Positions 26,181-37,387 of a stretch of 64,000 nucleotides of DNA are shown here, piece after piece. The position numbers and the translations under genes were made by a program. The stretch is taken from positions 27,113-91,112 of the IMG/VR virus record IMGVR_UViG_3300031853_000013. One strand, given 5' to 3'. How positions within the stretch are numbered: the first letter of the stretch is position 1; each line of letters starts with the position of its first letter. Below the pieces are notes generated by a model, which worked only from the letters and a program-made list of their open reading frames with translations, searched no databases and was not told where the DNA came from. This DNA comes from a virus. Its lineage: Duplodnaviria > Caudoviricetes.

Positions 26181-27167
26181 TTAAATCCTCCCAGGTTTAA
26201 AGTTTATCGAAATAAATCCCTTGCCTCGAACTTGTAACTCGAGCTCGTTCGTTCCGGTAAAATTACTAACGATGTACCTCGGAATCGGTTTGCCATTAAC
26301 ATTTCCAGTATACGAGTCATAGTCACCGCTTCCACCGATGTCAATTCCTAGCTCTTTGTTGTAGAACCTAATCTGCATTTCTTCATAACTTCCATCTTGT
26401 TTTTTGTCAGGATGCAGACTTAGAATGATCGTAACCGGCATATTACCAATCACGTTGGTCAGTATATCACGTCGATCTTTATAGCCATGATAGGTTCCGT
26501 CGTCTTCAGTCTCATCACCGTCAAACCGCTGGTAGTTCGTTCGAATTATCCATTCCCAATCATTTACCGTTAGATCGTCCGCGGTTACCCGATGATAGTA
26601 TGGGTTCCAGCATTCAGTCGGCATTCGCTGAGCGATTGTTCCGGATCGGAAATTGAACGGATCCCAAAGCCAATCGCCAAGGATGTCATACAGCCGATAC
26701 TTGTATGGTTCAAGATTGTAGTTAAGTGTTATCGTGGATCTCGTTTTCCCAGTAGACCATGACCCTACACTCCATCTACCGGCATAATACCACTCGGGAT
26801 CTTCTTCGTAAACGCAAAACAATCGCTTTCCGTGAACCGATCCGAGAATATCTGAGTATGCCTCTTGCCAATTTCGAAAATCGTTAACGACCGCAAAATC
26901 GAACGAGCCAGTTCTATTACCAAACGTAGGATATCCAGTAATCGCCTGAGACAGGTCAATTACGCCATTCATTCCATCAATTTTGACTTCGGTTTTATGC
27001 AATTCGGGAGGAGCGAAGGCGGGCCGCTCGGTTGGAACGATCCGCCAATGATCCCACGTGTTTCTAGTGATTTCCAAGTCGTAAGATTTACGTACATCGC
27101 TACCAGGATCGGGCTGGTAAACGCCTTTAACGTAATTAGGATCTATAAATGTTAACGAATAATACAT
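26181..27167 (-). CDS. distal tail (Dit-like) protein
   Basis: follows TMP; IDGMNGVIDLS...FGNRTGSF...DPEWYYAGRW. Confidence 0.8.
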   Translation of the reverse strand: MYYSLTFIDPNYVKGVYQPDPGSDVRKSYDLEITRNTWDHWRIVPTERPAFAPPELHKTEVKIDGMNGVIDLSQAITGYPTFGNRTGSFDFAVVNDFRNWQEAYSDILGSVHGKRLFCVYEEDPEWYYAGRWSVGSWSTGKTRSTITLNYNLEPYKYRLYDILGDWLWDPFNFRSGTIAQRMPTECWNPYYHRVTADDLTVNDWEWIIRTNYQRFDGDETEDDGTYHGYKDRRDILTNVIGNMPVTIILSLHPDKKQDGSYEEMQIRFYNKELGIDIGGSGDYDSYTGNVNGKPIPRYIVSNFTGTNELELQVRGKGFISINFKPGRI

Positions 27168-27172
27168 TACCT

Positions 27173-30100
27173 TTAACCCCCTCTCCTTGTTCTAGTAGCT
27201 CTCTGTCCAAGCGCCTGATCCATTGGACCGACAAGTTCGCCGACAAGTACACCGGTGTCAAGTCGTACGTCAGTGTCTGCGAATCCTTGTGCCATCTCGT
27301 TCAATCGCTCGTTAAGTTGTGTGATAGCGTTAATTACGTTAGTGTCGTCATACGGTTCAGGCTGGTTTTCAGCCATCATAGATTCGAAGTCATACGCATC
27401 CATGTTAGCAAGAGAATTAGTAGTATCCAGTGAGAACGCCGATGCGCCATCACCGAACATACTGCCAAAGTCGAAACCACCCGCATAATCCTCGTACTGG
27501 AGATTATCCATATCGAGAACCGGGGTGATAGTCATAGTCGGGTTTTCTTCCGCCTCATACTGTGAAAGTACGTCGGCAAAGTTGTACATATTAGAGGTGT
27601 CGATCTCGGGCTGCGGGATCTGCGCCATAGACTCGGTGAAAGCACTAGTGTCTATTTCGGGCATCTTAAATTTCTGATCGAACAAAGATTGAGTGTTATT
27701 ACGCATATCCTCAACCTGTGCCTTCATGTTGTCCTTTACATTAGACACGCTTGCTTCAGCTTCCGGTCCGGATTCCTCAACGCCGTTCTTGAATCCTTCC
27801 ATAACCAGCTGACCTTGCTCTTCAGCCCAGTGAGACGGAGAACCCATGATGAATCCAAGAGGACCAACGATGATGTTCTTTATGCCATCGACAAAACCAG
27901 TAACCGCGTCTGTCATTTTGCTAGCTTCATCTTCATCGGTAAAACCAAGGAAGAATCCATGGATAAGATCCTTGCCGGCTTTCTTGAAGTCTTCGATCTT
28001 TCCTTTAATGTCAGTAACCAGATTATCAATCTTTTCGATGATGTAATCGCGTATTTCTTGCTGACCCAGTTTAATACTATCCCATAGATCAAGGATCCAC
28101 GCCCATACAGACATCAAGATACCCCAGAGCCATTTACCGAGATCAGTTACTAAACAAGTAAAGAATTCAGCAATAAGGTTTCCGAGTTCCTCAGGCCAAT
28201 GGAACAGCCAATAAAGTCCCGTTTCAATCCATCCGTCAAATGTCTCAAGTGCCTTCTGTAACCAGGTGCCAGCGGATTCAAAAGCATCGTATAACCACGC
28301 CCCGAAGTTCTCGAGGGCCTTATAAGCATCGCTCTCTTCCCACTTCATCCAGAGTTTGCCGAGCGTCGCTATAAGTAATCCCCATAAAGCTTCCAAGAGA
28401 TGAACTATACCTTCAGCCAGTGATTCCTGATTATTTTCTATTGCTACGGCCAACGCCTCGATGATCGCGGCAATAAGTTTAACGAGCTCTTCAACTACGG
28501 GACCTATATTAGCTGCTGTTACTCTAAGAATATCTGCTAAACTCTGAAGTAAAAATGCTATAAACGGTCCCAGCATAGTTAATGTTGAAGCAGCGATGAC
28601 CCCTAAGAAAGCGCCTATCTTTGCTGTAATAAATGGTACATTGATGATCATCCAGTCCATGAAATTCAGGAATGCATTCATAGCAGAATTCAAAACCTGT
28701 GGATCAAATATACTATCAAAGAAATTAGCAAGCACATCACCACCATTACTACCTATCTGCTGTATAAGACTATAAAGTCTCTTAGCCGCGTCTACAAACA
28801 CCCATACAGCAGCTGCAGTGGCTAACAGAGCTCCAGCAAATATCAAGAAGTTTAGTGCGAAGGAGGAAATATTGAACTTTGCAACTACGTTAAGTCCCTT
28901 TGGCGCAGCTATCGCTGACATGAAACCAAATACCACAATCAAAGCAGCCACGATGCTACCGATCGTCTTAATCGCTGATAGACCTCTCTCTAGAGAAGTA
29001 TCATCAAGTTGGCCTAACGTCGCTACTAGTCCAGCGAACGCATACATAGTAGTAGTTATGATAGCCATCGCACCACCGAGAACGATCAGACCGCCAATAC
29101 GTCCACCAAGACTAGTACACAATGTAGCCAGCAGCATAAACGCGCCAACGATTCCTGACAATTGAATAATATCAAGTATTGCCTCGTCCATAGCATCTTC
29201 GCCATATCGATTATGCAATATTACTAAGCCAGCTAGAGCACCGACCATAGCGTCAATAGTAGCGCCGATAGCCATCATAATAAGTCCAATAGATCCTATT
29301 TTGGTAGTTTTAGCGAGTGCAGTAATACCTATCATTGTAGCCAGCATAAGTATTACACCAGACATAATTGTGATCATGGCGCCTATAGCTGCTTTCATAG
29401 AGCCTTCTTTTGCCATATCAGCAGCCGCTACAAGACCTACGAATCCACCAATCATAATATCAATAGCTACAGCAATAAGCATCATGGTAGCTCCGACACC
29501 TTGCAACTGTACAATAGGGAATTTAGACAGCACAACGACAAGTCCAGCTATCAACGATACCATAGCGGTAACAACTGCCATAGCTGGGAAGAAATCGCTG
29601 AGGCTTTTTCCGTCTTTAGACAGCATACCTATAGCAAGAATGAGGCCACCTATAGCTAGCGATATTTTGAAAATGTTATTACCAACGTTCTCCATGTTCT
29701 GAAGCGGCATACTAGCCATACCTTTGAACAAAAGTTTAAACGCACCGATAATAACATACATTGCCGCCAATCCTGGTCCAAGCTCATCAGTTTTCATAGA
29801 GCCCAGAAGTGCTATAGCTCCAGCGATCATGAGCACCGACGCCGCAATAGCAAACATAGTGCCGGCAACAGTCTTACCAGCAACGGCCGCCATAGCTTTA
29901 GTCATACCAGACATAACCGAATTAAGAGTAACCATAAGCATAATGACTGAACCGAGAGCACGACCGAGCTGATCTTCTGGTACATAAGCAAGCGCTGTAA
30001 GTGCAAGGGCCAAAATGCCAATAGCTAGAGCCACGTTGATAATCATCTGAGACTTCATAAACTTTCTGAAGTCACCAAAAGCCGCACCAACTGTCTCTAG

Positions 30101-32842
30101 TGTGTCTACGATTCCATCTTTAATTTCGAAAATTACATCGGTAACTTTCTTAACGTTTTGGATGGCCTTGAAACCCTCAATAACGCTTAATGTCAAGCCA
30201 AGTGCTGAAACAATGCCAGTTACATCTCCAAGGCTGAGATTACTGAATATCTTACTGATACCATCTCCGACCTTCTGTAAAACACCTTCAGCGTCAGAGG
30301 GAATATTTTTGATCGTGGTTGACAGTTCTCCTACTGCATCGGACGTGTCTTTGACATTGGTTGCTGCCGTTTTAAGATTACTAAATACGGTAGTTATGTT
30401 TTCGAATATTGACTTAGATTTGTCAGTTCCTTTAAACAAATTTGTTACATTACTGATGTCTGTATTACTAAGATCGGTAATCGCTGTTTTGACGGTATTT
30501 ATGGTGTTAACTAATTGATCCCACATCGTATACAGATCAATGCCGGTGGTATCCTTTAGCCAATCCGCAAACGTATTCATCGCTTTTCTAAAATTCTCAC
30601 CGAAATTATCAATGAAGTTATTGATCGAATCTGCGGCGCCATCGATCCAGCCGATAATAGTCTCGACGTCCATGGTATTCTTGACGAAGTCCATAGCACC
30701 TTCAGCAGCATCGCCAAACGCACTGCCGGCAGGAAGGATCTTCTCAATAAGATGACCGAAGACTTTACCTACAGCCTCAAAAATGGCGAGACCTATTCTG
30801 AAACCACCGACGAGGCCATCCCACAAACCTTTAACAATATTGATTACGGTTTCAGATGCTTCAAATTTATCAGCAAGATTCTCAACAAACCCGGCTACCT
30901 TATCAAATATACCTCCAATGGTATCCATAACCACACTGAGCTGATCGGTCTCATCTTCTGTGCCGACCATAGCGTCAGTCACGGTGAATAATTTGTCGGC
31001 GATTGTGATAACAGCTTTAATAACCGATCCAGCCACTTTAGCAAAGCCTTTAAACACGGTAAGACCGATTTTTACTACCTTAAATATAGCAGTGAACGCG
31101 GCTTTAATGGTGGGGAGATGTTTGTCGGAAATATAAAGCTGAGTCGTCATGTCTTTGACTTTCAACGTAAAGTCTAAAAGCGACTTACGGAGATTCATAG
31201 GAAATACCTCGTTGAAAGCCTCCTTGATAGGTTCCACGATTTCAGCCAGACTATCCCATATATCTACAAGTATACCAGAATACTCGGTAACCTTCTCGGT
31301 TTCATACACGATGTTACCATAGGTATCCTTTAATACCTCACCGTCTTCGTTAACCTTAGCAATCTTTTCGCCGTTCTCATCAAGAACGAAGTTAGTTTTC
31401 TCGATAGCATCAAACCAGGTACTTCTACCACCGATCTTCGCGCTATAGCTATACCAGAACTTCAAAGCCTCGTTTCTTGCATTATTGAACGGCTCGATGA
31501 TACCAGTAATCGCATTATTGACCGCCGTCCAGAGTTTGGGAGCATCAGTAAAACCGCCTACAATATACTGCCATGTTTCAGTCCATCCAGACTGTGCGGC
31601 TTCCTTGAGAGCATCCCACATCTGTGTGAACGTACGAACCTTCGTAGCAGCATCAGTAGCTACCGTACCGAGATCCATAATCTCTTTAACCGCTTCGTCA
31701 GAATATCCAAGATCTTTCCAGTAAGCCTCATCGAAGTCACCGGCAAACTTAGCCAAGGTTTCGCTAAGTACATCGGTTGTTAACCAGTTTTGTGCGAGAG
31801 ATTCACGGAAGCTTCCTTCACCCGTTATAAGTTCATCGATACTTCCGTATCCAGTATCTTCAATCACTGCTCGATAACTATCATCGACTTCCATGAGGTG
31901 TTCAGCAGTAGCCTTTAACGCATCCTGGAATGTCTTACCACCCATACCAGCAGTATGCTCTAAGCTCATCCAGTCCTGAAGTCTAACACGTCCAGTAGCA
32001 AGAGCCTGAGACAACTGGAACATCGATCGAGAAGCATCCGAAGCCGGAGCGCCTACGTATGCGGCAAGGTTAGCGATACCCTTTACAGAACGAGCAGAAG
32101 TATCAACATCAATACCGGCCGTGGTAAACTGACCAATAGCCTGAGTCATCTGAGTAAAGTTGTAGATAGTCTTATCTGCGTACAGATTCAAATTATCAAG
32201 AACTTCCTCGATATGTTCAACGGTTGTACCACTGGATTTAGCTATCTCATCGTTAAAATCGTCCATGGATTTCGCAGTGCCATTAGCAAGTTTATTAACC
32301 ATGGACTGAACGGTGCCATAATCAAGTCCTGCGGCAGCAAGAGCATCCACTCGAGCCTTACCATTACCGTAAATGTTCGGACCGAACCAAATCTTGTTAA
32401 CAGCCTCAAGCGACTCGGCCATGGACTTAGCAGAGTCAGCAGCGTCCTGGTTTAAGGCACCTGTATTAGCTGCAATAACCTGGATCGAGTTCATCTTGGT
32501 CTCATACTCTTGGAAGCCGGTTGTAATCGGATCTACAGCGAGAGCCTTTACAATATTTTTGCCGAGATTGATAGCACTATCGGCGATTCGGTCAAAGATT
32601 TTCAGAACGGTCACATCGAGTAACGAGAAATTAGCATGAACTTGAGAGATGCCGTCGTTAAGTCCCTTGAAACTTATATGATTAGCCGCTTTTTCAATAG
32701 AATCGAAACCCTCTGCAGCCTTTTCAAGTTTTAGAGCCTTCTTAAGTTTGTCGATAGTAGAGAGTGACTCTTTAACGTTTTTCTCAAACCTTGAGTTGTC
32801 GAATTGCATTCGAACAATTCTTTCATCAACGTTGTTTGACAT
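27173..32842 (-). CDS. tape measure protein
   Basis: 1889 aa, helical/hydrophobic, LNLYADKTIYNF tape-measure domain. Confidence 0.95.
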   Translation of the reverse strand: MSNNVDERIVRMQFDNSRFEKNVKESLSTIDKLKKALKLEKAAEGFDSIEKAANHISFKGLNDGISQVHANFSLLDVTVLKIFDRIADSAINLGKNIVKALAVDPITTGFQEYETKMNSIQVIAANTGALNQDAADSAKSMAESLEAVNKIWFGPNIYGNGKARVDALAAAGLDYGTVQSMVNKLANGTAKSMDDFNDEIAKSSGTTVEHIEEVLDNLNLYADKTIYNFTQMTQAIGQFTTAGIDVDTSARSVKGIANLAAYVGAPASDASRSMFQLSQALATGRVRLQDWMSLEHTAGMGGKTFQDALKATAEHLMEVDDSYRAVIEDTGYGSIDELITGEGSFRESLAQNWLTTDVLSETLAKFAGDFDEAYWKDLGYSDEAVKEIMDLGTVATDAATKVRTFTQMWDALKEAAQSGWTETWQYIVGGFTDAPKLWTAVNNAITGIIEPFNNARNEALKFWYSYSAKIGGRSTWFDAIEKTNFVLDENGEKIAKVNEDGEVLKDTYGNIVYETEKVTEYSGILVDIWDSLAEIVEPIKEAFNEVFPMNLRKSLLDFTLKVKDMTTQLYISDKHLPTIKAAFTAIFKVVKIGLTVFKGFAKVAGSVIKAVITIADKLFTVTDAMVGTEDETDQLSVVMDTIGGIFDKVAGFVENLADKFEASETVINIVKGLWDGLVGGFRIGLAIFEAVGKVFGHLIEKILPAGSAFGDAAEGAMDFVKNTMDVETIIGWIDGAADSINNFIDNFGENFRKAMNTFADWLKDTTGIDLYTMWDQLVNTINTVKTAITDLSNTDISNVTNLFKGTDKSKSIFENITTVFSNLKTAATNVKDTSDAVGELSTTIKNIPSDAEGVLQKVGDGISKIFSNLSLGDVTGIVSALGLTLSVIEGFKAIQNVKKVTDVIFEIKDGIVDTLETVGAAFGDFRKFMKSQMIINVALAIGILALALTALAYVPEDQLGRALGSVIMLMVTLNSVMSGMTKAMAAVAGKTVAGTMFAIAASVLMIAGAIALLGSMKTDELGPGLAAMYVIIGAFKLLFKGMASMPLQNMENVGNNIFKISLAIGGLILAIGMLSKDGKSLSDFFPAMAVVTAMVSLIAGLVVVLSKFPIVQLQGVGATMMLIAVAIDIMIGGFVGLVAAADMAKEGSMKAAIGAMITIMSGVILMLATMIGITALAKTTKIGSIGLIMMAIGATIDAMVGALAGLVILHNRYGEDAMDEAILDIIQLSGIVGAFMLLATLCTSLGGRIGGLIVLGGAMAIITTTMYAFAGLVATLGQLDDTSLERGLSAIKTIGSIVAALIVVFGFMSAIAAPKGLNVVAKFNISSFALNFLIFAGALLATAAAVWVFVDAAKRLYSLIQQIGSNGGDVLANFFDSIFDPQVLNSAMNAFLNFMDWMIINVPFITAKIGAFLGVIAASTLTMLGPFIAFLLQSLADILRVTAANIGPVVEELVKLIAAIIEALAVAIENNQESLAEGIVHLLEALWGLLIATLGKLWMKWEESDAYKALENFGAWLYDAFESAGTWLQKALETFDGWIETGLYWLFHWPEELGNLIAEFFTCLVTDLGKWLWGILMSVWAWILDLWDSIKLGQQEIRDYIIEKIDNLVTDIKGKIEDFKKAGKDLIHGFFLGFTDEDEASKMTDAVTGFVDGIKNIIVGPLGFIMGSPSHWAEEQGQLVMEGFKNGVEESGPEAEASVSNVKDNMKAQVEDMRNNTQSLFDQKFKMPEIDTSAFTESMAQIPQPEIDTSNMYNFADVLSQYEAEENPTMTITPVLDMDNLQYEDYAGGFDFGSMFGDGASAFSLDTTNSLANMDAYDFESMMAENQPEPYDDTNVINAITQLNERLNEMAQGFADTDVRLDTGVLVGELVGPMDQALGQRATRTRRGG

Positions 32843-32843
32843 G

Positions 32844-33224
32844 TTACGACGTTACCTCCTTCCAAGCGTCTTTGGCAATTTTATCGAACACCGGTTTAAG
32901 CGCCGGATTAATGTAATCGATGCCTTGAATGTAATATCCATTACCAGTAGCATGACCGTACTGAATAAGTAAGGCTATCGATATGCGTTCGCGAGCCATA
33001 TTTGAGTTTTTCCAGTAAATGTTATACTTACCGCCAGATTTCTCAATCTCATAGCTCCACGAGGCGGCGGTTTTACCAGTTCGTTTTGGGGTGGCTTCTT
33101 CTAGTGCTTTTACACCCATTTCGCCATATTTAGCAAGCTTCTTCAAAAATTTGCCTTGTCTCATATTTGTAAGATAAGACGTAGTTTTCTGGAAGTCGCC
33201 TTTATGCATAAAACTTACTCCCAT
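32844..33224 (-). CDS. HK97 gp10-like neck/tail completion protein
   Basis: ATPKRTGKTAASW...LIQYGH...DYINPA. Confidence 0.75.
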   Translation of the reverse strand: MGVSFMHKGDFQKTTSYLTNMRQGKFLKKLAKYGEMGVKALEEATPKRTGKTAASWSYEIEKSGGKYNIYWKNSNMARERISIALLIQYGHATGNGYYIQGIDYINPALKPVFDKIAKDAWKEVTS

Positions 33225-33279
33225 TTTGAATTATTTGCACCTCCGCCCTAAAGAGCTAAAAAAATAAGACTTGTAAATT

Positions 33280-33819
33280 TTAATGTTTACGTCGTGCAGC
33301 ATTAGCCGCAGCGTTTTGTTTTAGAATATCACTCTTGGACATCTTCTTACTGCCCTGACTCTTAATATTGCATATACGTATAAGAGTAAGTAGCCGATTC
33401 AAATGCCATTTCTGACATTCAAATGGTATTCCATGCTCTACCATCCAGTAGTATATCAGCTCTGAGGTTATAGCCGAAGATCGACCGGTAGCGTGAACAT
33501 TAACACCATTAGGACGTTTGCTGAACCACGTAGCCGTCATTTCGTCGTTAATGTAATCATTGATCGATTTTAATAACGCTGGCGGCATATTATCGTATAT
33601 GATTTTATCAGCTTCTTGTCCTAATGTCATACAGCGTATATAGTCTGCCATCTCGGCCTTCGTATGAGACTTTGCTATAAATGGTTTCTTCCATTTAGCT
33701 TCCCATTTAGACACAGATAGCAGACTATGCTCCAGCGACAGAGATACAGGTTTCGTATAGACAAACTCGTTCGTCTTCGAAATGTATAACTCCATCGCTG
33801 GTACATATATCTTAAGCAT
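33280..33819 (-). CDS. tail assembly-associated protein
   Basis: LEHSLLSVSKWEAKWKKPF...WHLNRLLTLI; position upstream of TMP. Confidence 0.65.
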   Translation of the reverse strand: MLKIYVPAMELYISKTNEFVYTKPVSLSLEHSLLSVSKWEAKWKKPFIAKSHTKAEMADYIRCMTLGQEADKIIYDNMPPALLKSINDYINDEMTATWFSKRPNGVNVHATGRSSAITSELIYYWMVEHGIPFECQKWHLNRLLTLIRICNIKSQGSKKMSKSDILKQNAAANAARRKH

Positions 33820-33831
33820 ACCCGTCTCGCA

Positions 33832-34275
33832 TTAGTGATTCTGAGTGATAGCGGGATGGTTCTGCTTGTCTTCGATAGCCTTCTGCTCAGCCATAGCAGC
33901 CTTGAGACTCTCCGGCATAATACCGTTCATGAACTCCGCGGCCTTATCGGGGTCAGTGATAAGCTCCATATAAAGCTTGGAGAACGCCTCAGTCTGTATA
34001 AAGTCATTAACCAAATTATAGCCGTCCTTATCAGTCTTTCTGAAGAACTTGCCGTCGGTAGACTTCTCGCCGTAGCTGAGCGTGATGATATCCTTGAAGA
34101 TTTTTGCCAGTGTCTTGTTATCACGAGCATTAGCGATGGACTTTACCCACTCGGTATAGCCGCCGTTCTCGGACAGCTGGAGCTGAGTGATTTCAGCCTC
34201 TGTAAGATTGAAGAAAAAGTCCTCCGTACAGGACACTCCATTGAAATCATCGTAAGTGATTGTCTTCTTAAGCAT
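33832..34275 (-). CDS. tail assembly chaperone
   Basis: MLKKTITYDDFNG...FFFNL; position. Confidence 0.65.
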   Translation of the reverse strand: MLKKTITYDDFNGVSCTEDFFFNLTEAEITQLQLSENGGYTEWVKSIANARDNKTLAKIFKDIITLSYGEKSTDGKFFRKTDKDGYNLVNDFIQTEAFSKLYMELITDPDKAAEFMNGIMPESLKAAMAEQKAIEDKQNHPAITQNH

Positions 34276-34312
34276 AACTAATTACCTCCATTTTGATTTG
34301 TTTTAAGATTTA

Positions 34313-34639
34313 TCAGACTCTGGTAACGTGTTTATCAGAGATCTTGATCCACTGATTAGGTCCAATGCATCCGAAACCATTCTCTTCTGCGATGATAGTG
34401 AGCGGCGGATCTTTCGGCCACCCGAAAGTAGAGTTAACTATCTTAGAATCGGGTCTCGGCTCAGTGTAGATACAAAGAACTACCCCTTCGTTGATAACTA
34501 CGTGAAAATCAGAAAACGGTTTCTCTACCGGAGTATCAATGATCTCCTCGATAGATTCAGCCGCCTCTTCAACGTCGGTACTTTCATTAACCAGGTCTGC
34601 ATCTGGTTTGTTAGAAAGATCATCAATGATCAATGCCAT
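34313..34639 (-). CDS. acidic protein with a degenerate SH3b-like C-terminus
   Basis: IIAEENGFG...WI. Confidence 0.55.
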   Translation of the reverse strand: MALIIDDLSNKPDADLVNESTDVEEAAESIEEIIDTPVEKPFSDFHVVINEGVVLCIYTEPRPDSKIVNSTFGWPKDPPLTIIAEENGFGCIGPNQWIKISDKHVTRV

Positions 34640-34663
34640 TATTAGTCCCTCCTTATAATTAAA

Positions 34664-35554
34664 TTAGATACGCTTAACGTATGCAGAGCTAAGAGAAATC
34701 CATCCGGCGCCAGAGATAAGTCTTCCCCAGCCGTTTTTCTCCTCAACGATCGAATAGATCTGGTTCTTATATACAACCGTCGTAGCCTTATACTTAACAC
34801 CAGGTCCCGAACGAACATTCAATGCATGACAAATAACCTTTACGTTATACAGCTTTGTATTAGTCGGAGTTGTGGATTTTGCAGCGGGTGCCGGGGTGGG
34901 AGTAGGAGTCGGCTGTGTTGTAGGAGCGTTGGTCTTCGCAAAGCCATTCTTACCAGACGCCTTGATGATCGTCGGGAAGTCCTGATAACACTCATCGAGG
35001 TCTACATGACCGTTAATGCCACTGATGGAACCTTTATCGGACTTCTGCCAGATAGCATATGGATCGGGATAATTGGTCTTGTTGACACCATAATGGGCAA
35101 TCCACATGGTGTATTTCTGTCTCGTAACAGTAGAAATGTTATCTACCAGCGGATAACGAGAACCGTAGATACCCACAAAATATCCAGCGGCCTCGAGTTC
35201 CGAGCAGAACACCTCAACAATCTCGGTAACGGCAGTCTTACTGAGAGCAAGCTGCTTATTATCCTCGACATCCATATAGATCGGATACTCAAACTGTTTA
35301 CCGGAGAGGGCCTTGATGCAAGCCTTTGCCTCAGACCGTGCCGCAGCAGGAGTGAGAGCTTTGGAATACCAGTAAGCACCACAGGGGATGTCGTGTGCCT
35401 TACACTCTCGGTAGTTTCTCTCATACTTGACATCTGTCGCAGTACCGATACCAGCTCGCATGATAATAAACTGTGCCTTGGGATCAGTCTTTACCTTGCT
35501 GAAATCCGGTTCGCCCTGCCATTTTGAAATGTCAATGCCATAAACAGTAGCCAT
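34664..35554 (-). CDS. endolysin, GH25 muramidase + SH3b
   Basis: GIDISKWQG, DVE, IWQKS...VDLD; PT linker; LNVRSGPG SH3b. Confidence 0.92.
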   Translation of the reverse strand: MATVYGIDISKWQGEPDFSKVKTDPKAQFIIMRAGIGTATDVKYERNYRECKAHDIPCGAYWYSKALTPAAARSEAKACIKALSGKQFEYPIYMDVEDNKQLALSKTAVTEIVEVFCSELEAAGYFVGIYGSRYPLVDNISTVTRQKYTMWIAHYGVNKTNYPDPYAIWQKSDKGSISGINGHVDLDECYQDFPTIIKASGKNGFAKTNAPTTQPTPTPTPAPAAKSTTPTNTKLYNVKVICHALNVRSGPGVKYKATTVVYKNQIYSIVEEKNGWGRLISGAGWISLSSAYVKRI

Positions 35555-35904
35555 TAGTCGTTACCTCCTCCCATGAGATACAGAAGAATAAAAAGTAAAA
35601 GCATGTCCCGCGAATCAGACTTAAAAGCGTCCGGGATACGAGTCTCCTCGATTCGGTTCTCGAAGCTGGGGAGATTGTACTTGATGTCGAACGTTGTTGC
35701 TCGTGCGATAAGGACGGACAGGTACTTACCCATGGCATCGTATTGTTCCTGAAGCAAAGAATACTCGGGAGAATCCTCGCCGATCTTCTTCAGATGCTTC
35801 TCGAGACCATACATACGCAGGTCGCACTGTTCGATCTCTGCGACGAGCCGCTCCTTCCAGTCGTCTGACATCATTCCGTCAATGGTGTCCCTTAAAGTCT
35901 TCAT
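35554..35904 (-). CDS. small coiled-coil phage protein
   Basis: MMSDDWKERLVAE...LLQEQYDAMGKYL. Confidence 0.65.
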   Translation of the reverse strand: MKTLRDTIDGMMSDDWKERLVAEIEQCDLRMYGLEKHLKKIGEDSPEYSLLQEQYDAMGKYLSVLIARATTFDIKYNLPSFENRIEETRIPDAFKSDSRDMLLLFILLYLMGGGND

Positions 35905-36057
35905 TTTTATTTACCTCCTTAGAATTTTGTTTACGATTTCGCGTTCCAGTTGCTCTCATAATATTTATTTCTAATTACGAGAGCAACGGTGTGTCCTTCT
36001 GGCTGATTGTCTAGCCATACCATGCACAGATGACATCAAACTCCACGTCGGACGCCT

Positions 36058-37373
36058 TTAATATTCTTCATAAATATATTCTGATGGGTCGGGGTAGTTT
36101 GATGCTGATAATCTTCCTTGTGGCACTTTGATTATACAAGATGTTTCTATTCCTAATTCACCACTTAAGGGAAGCATATGGTAGGTATTGTTATTGATGG
36201 TAACGCAGAACAATCGTAGAAAGCTGCAGATCCAATGCTTGTTACACTACTTGGAATTGTTATTGAAGATAATGCAGAACAGCTACAGAAAGCATTACTT
36301 TCAATTGAAGTAACACTACTTGGAATACTTATTGATGATAATGCAGAACTCCACGAGAAAGCATCATCTTCAATTGTAGTAACACCATTAGGAAGCGTTA
36401 CTGAAGATAATGCATTGCAATAGGATAAAGCATTCGTTCCCATTTCAGTAACACCATTAGGAATTGTTATTGACGTCAGTTCGACAAAGTAATACATAGA
36501 ACCTATGTTTGTAATACCCGTACCCAGTTCAATTTTTCGAGGAAAGTATGTTTCACTGTCATGACCAGGTGAAAATTCAAAACTACCACTAACAACAGTA
36601 ATAGAAATAGTATAACTACCAGCGTCAGAATAATCATGTGATTCACTATCAGCACCGTCTCCACTTGTCCATGTAGTATGGTCTGAATTATCTCCCCAAT
36701 CAATATCTAATTCTGTATCATCATTAAGATTAAGATATAAGATAGGGGAAAGGTCATCCTCTGTAATTACGCAATAGATTCGTGTCTTACCGTCAGAAGT
36801 AATATACATCTGACCGATATTGAGCTTACCGTAGCTTGCAACATAAGCCTTAGCATCACTCAAAGACCAGTTCCAGCCTTGTGCTGTAAGCCCCGTATGA
36901 GTTGGATTTGCGGGCATGGCTGAAAGATTTGCAAAATCAGCAGCTGAATACGAAGCCACAACAGTTCCATCATAATCATAAAAGATTACATCAGAACCGC
37001 CTGACCCGCCGCCACCTGATACATTGACAGTGATGCTATTATAGTTGGTAGTATCATAAGTATCATTCTCAGTAATAGTAGTAGGATATGCAGTCTGAGA
37101 TACAAGCTGCTGGTTGCTAACTACCTTGCCATTATCAGACTGGGAATATGAGTTAGCAACATCGACAATGACTTCGTTGTTTGTTGTTGTATTATATGTG
37201 CCGTTTGCCGTCTTAGTAGTAGATGTCTGTGCTGTAAGTTCTCCGTTTACAACTACCTTGCCATTATCTGCCGCAGATACTGGCTTTAGAGAATCAAGCT
37301 TAGTTGCGATGATATTCAGCCCAGTTATAATACTTTCGCCCTGAGTGCTGTTAATAAGTCTATCATTAGCCAT
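36058..37373 (-). CDS. PKD-like + BspA LRR protein; C-terminal cap in the -1 frame
   Basis: IDWGD...HDYSDAGSY; IPSSVTSI repeats; stop at 36165, but the -1 frame gives LSGELGIETSCIIKVPQG...NYPDPSEYIYEEY to 36058. Confidence 0.75.
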
Positions 37374-37387
37374 AATAATTAACCTCC

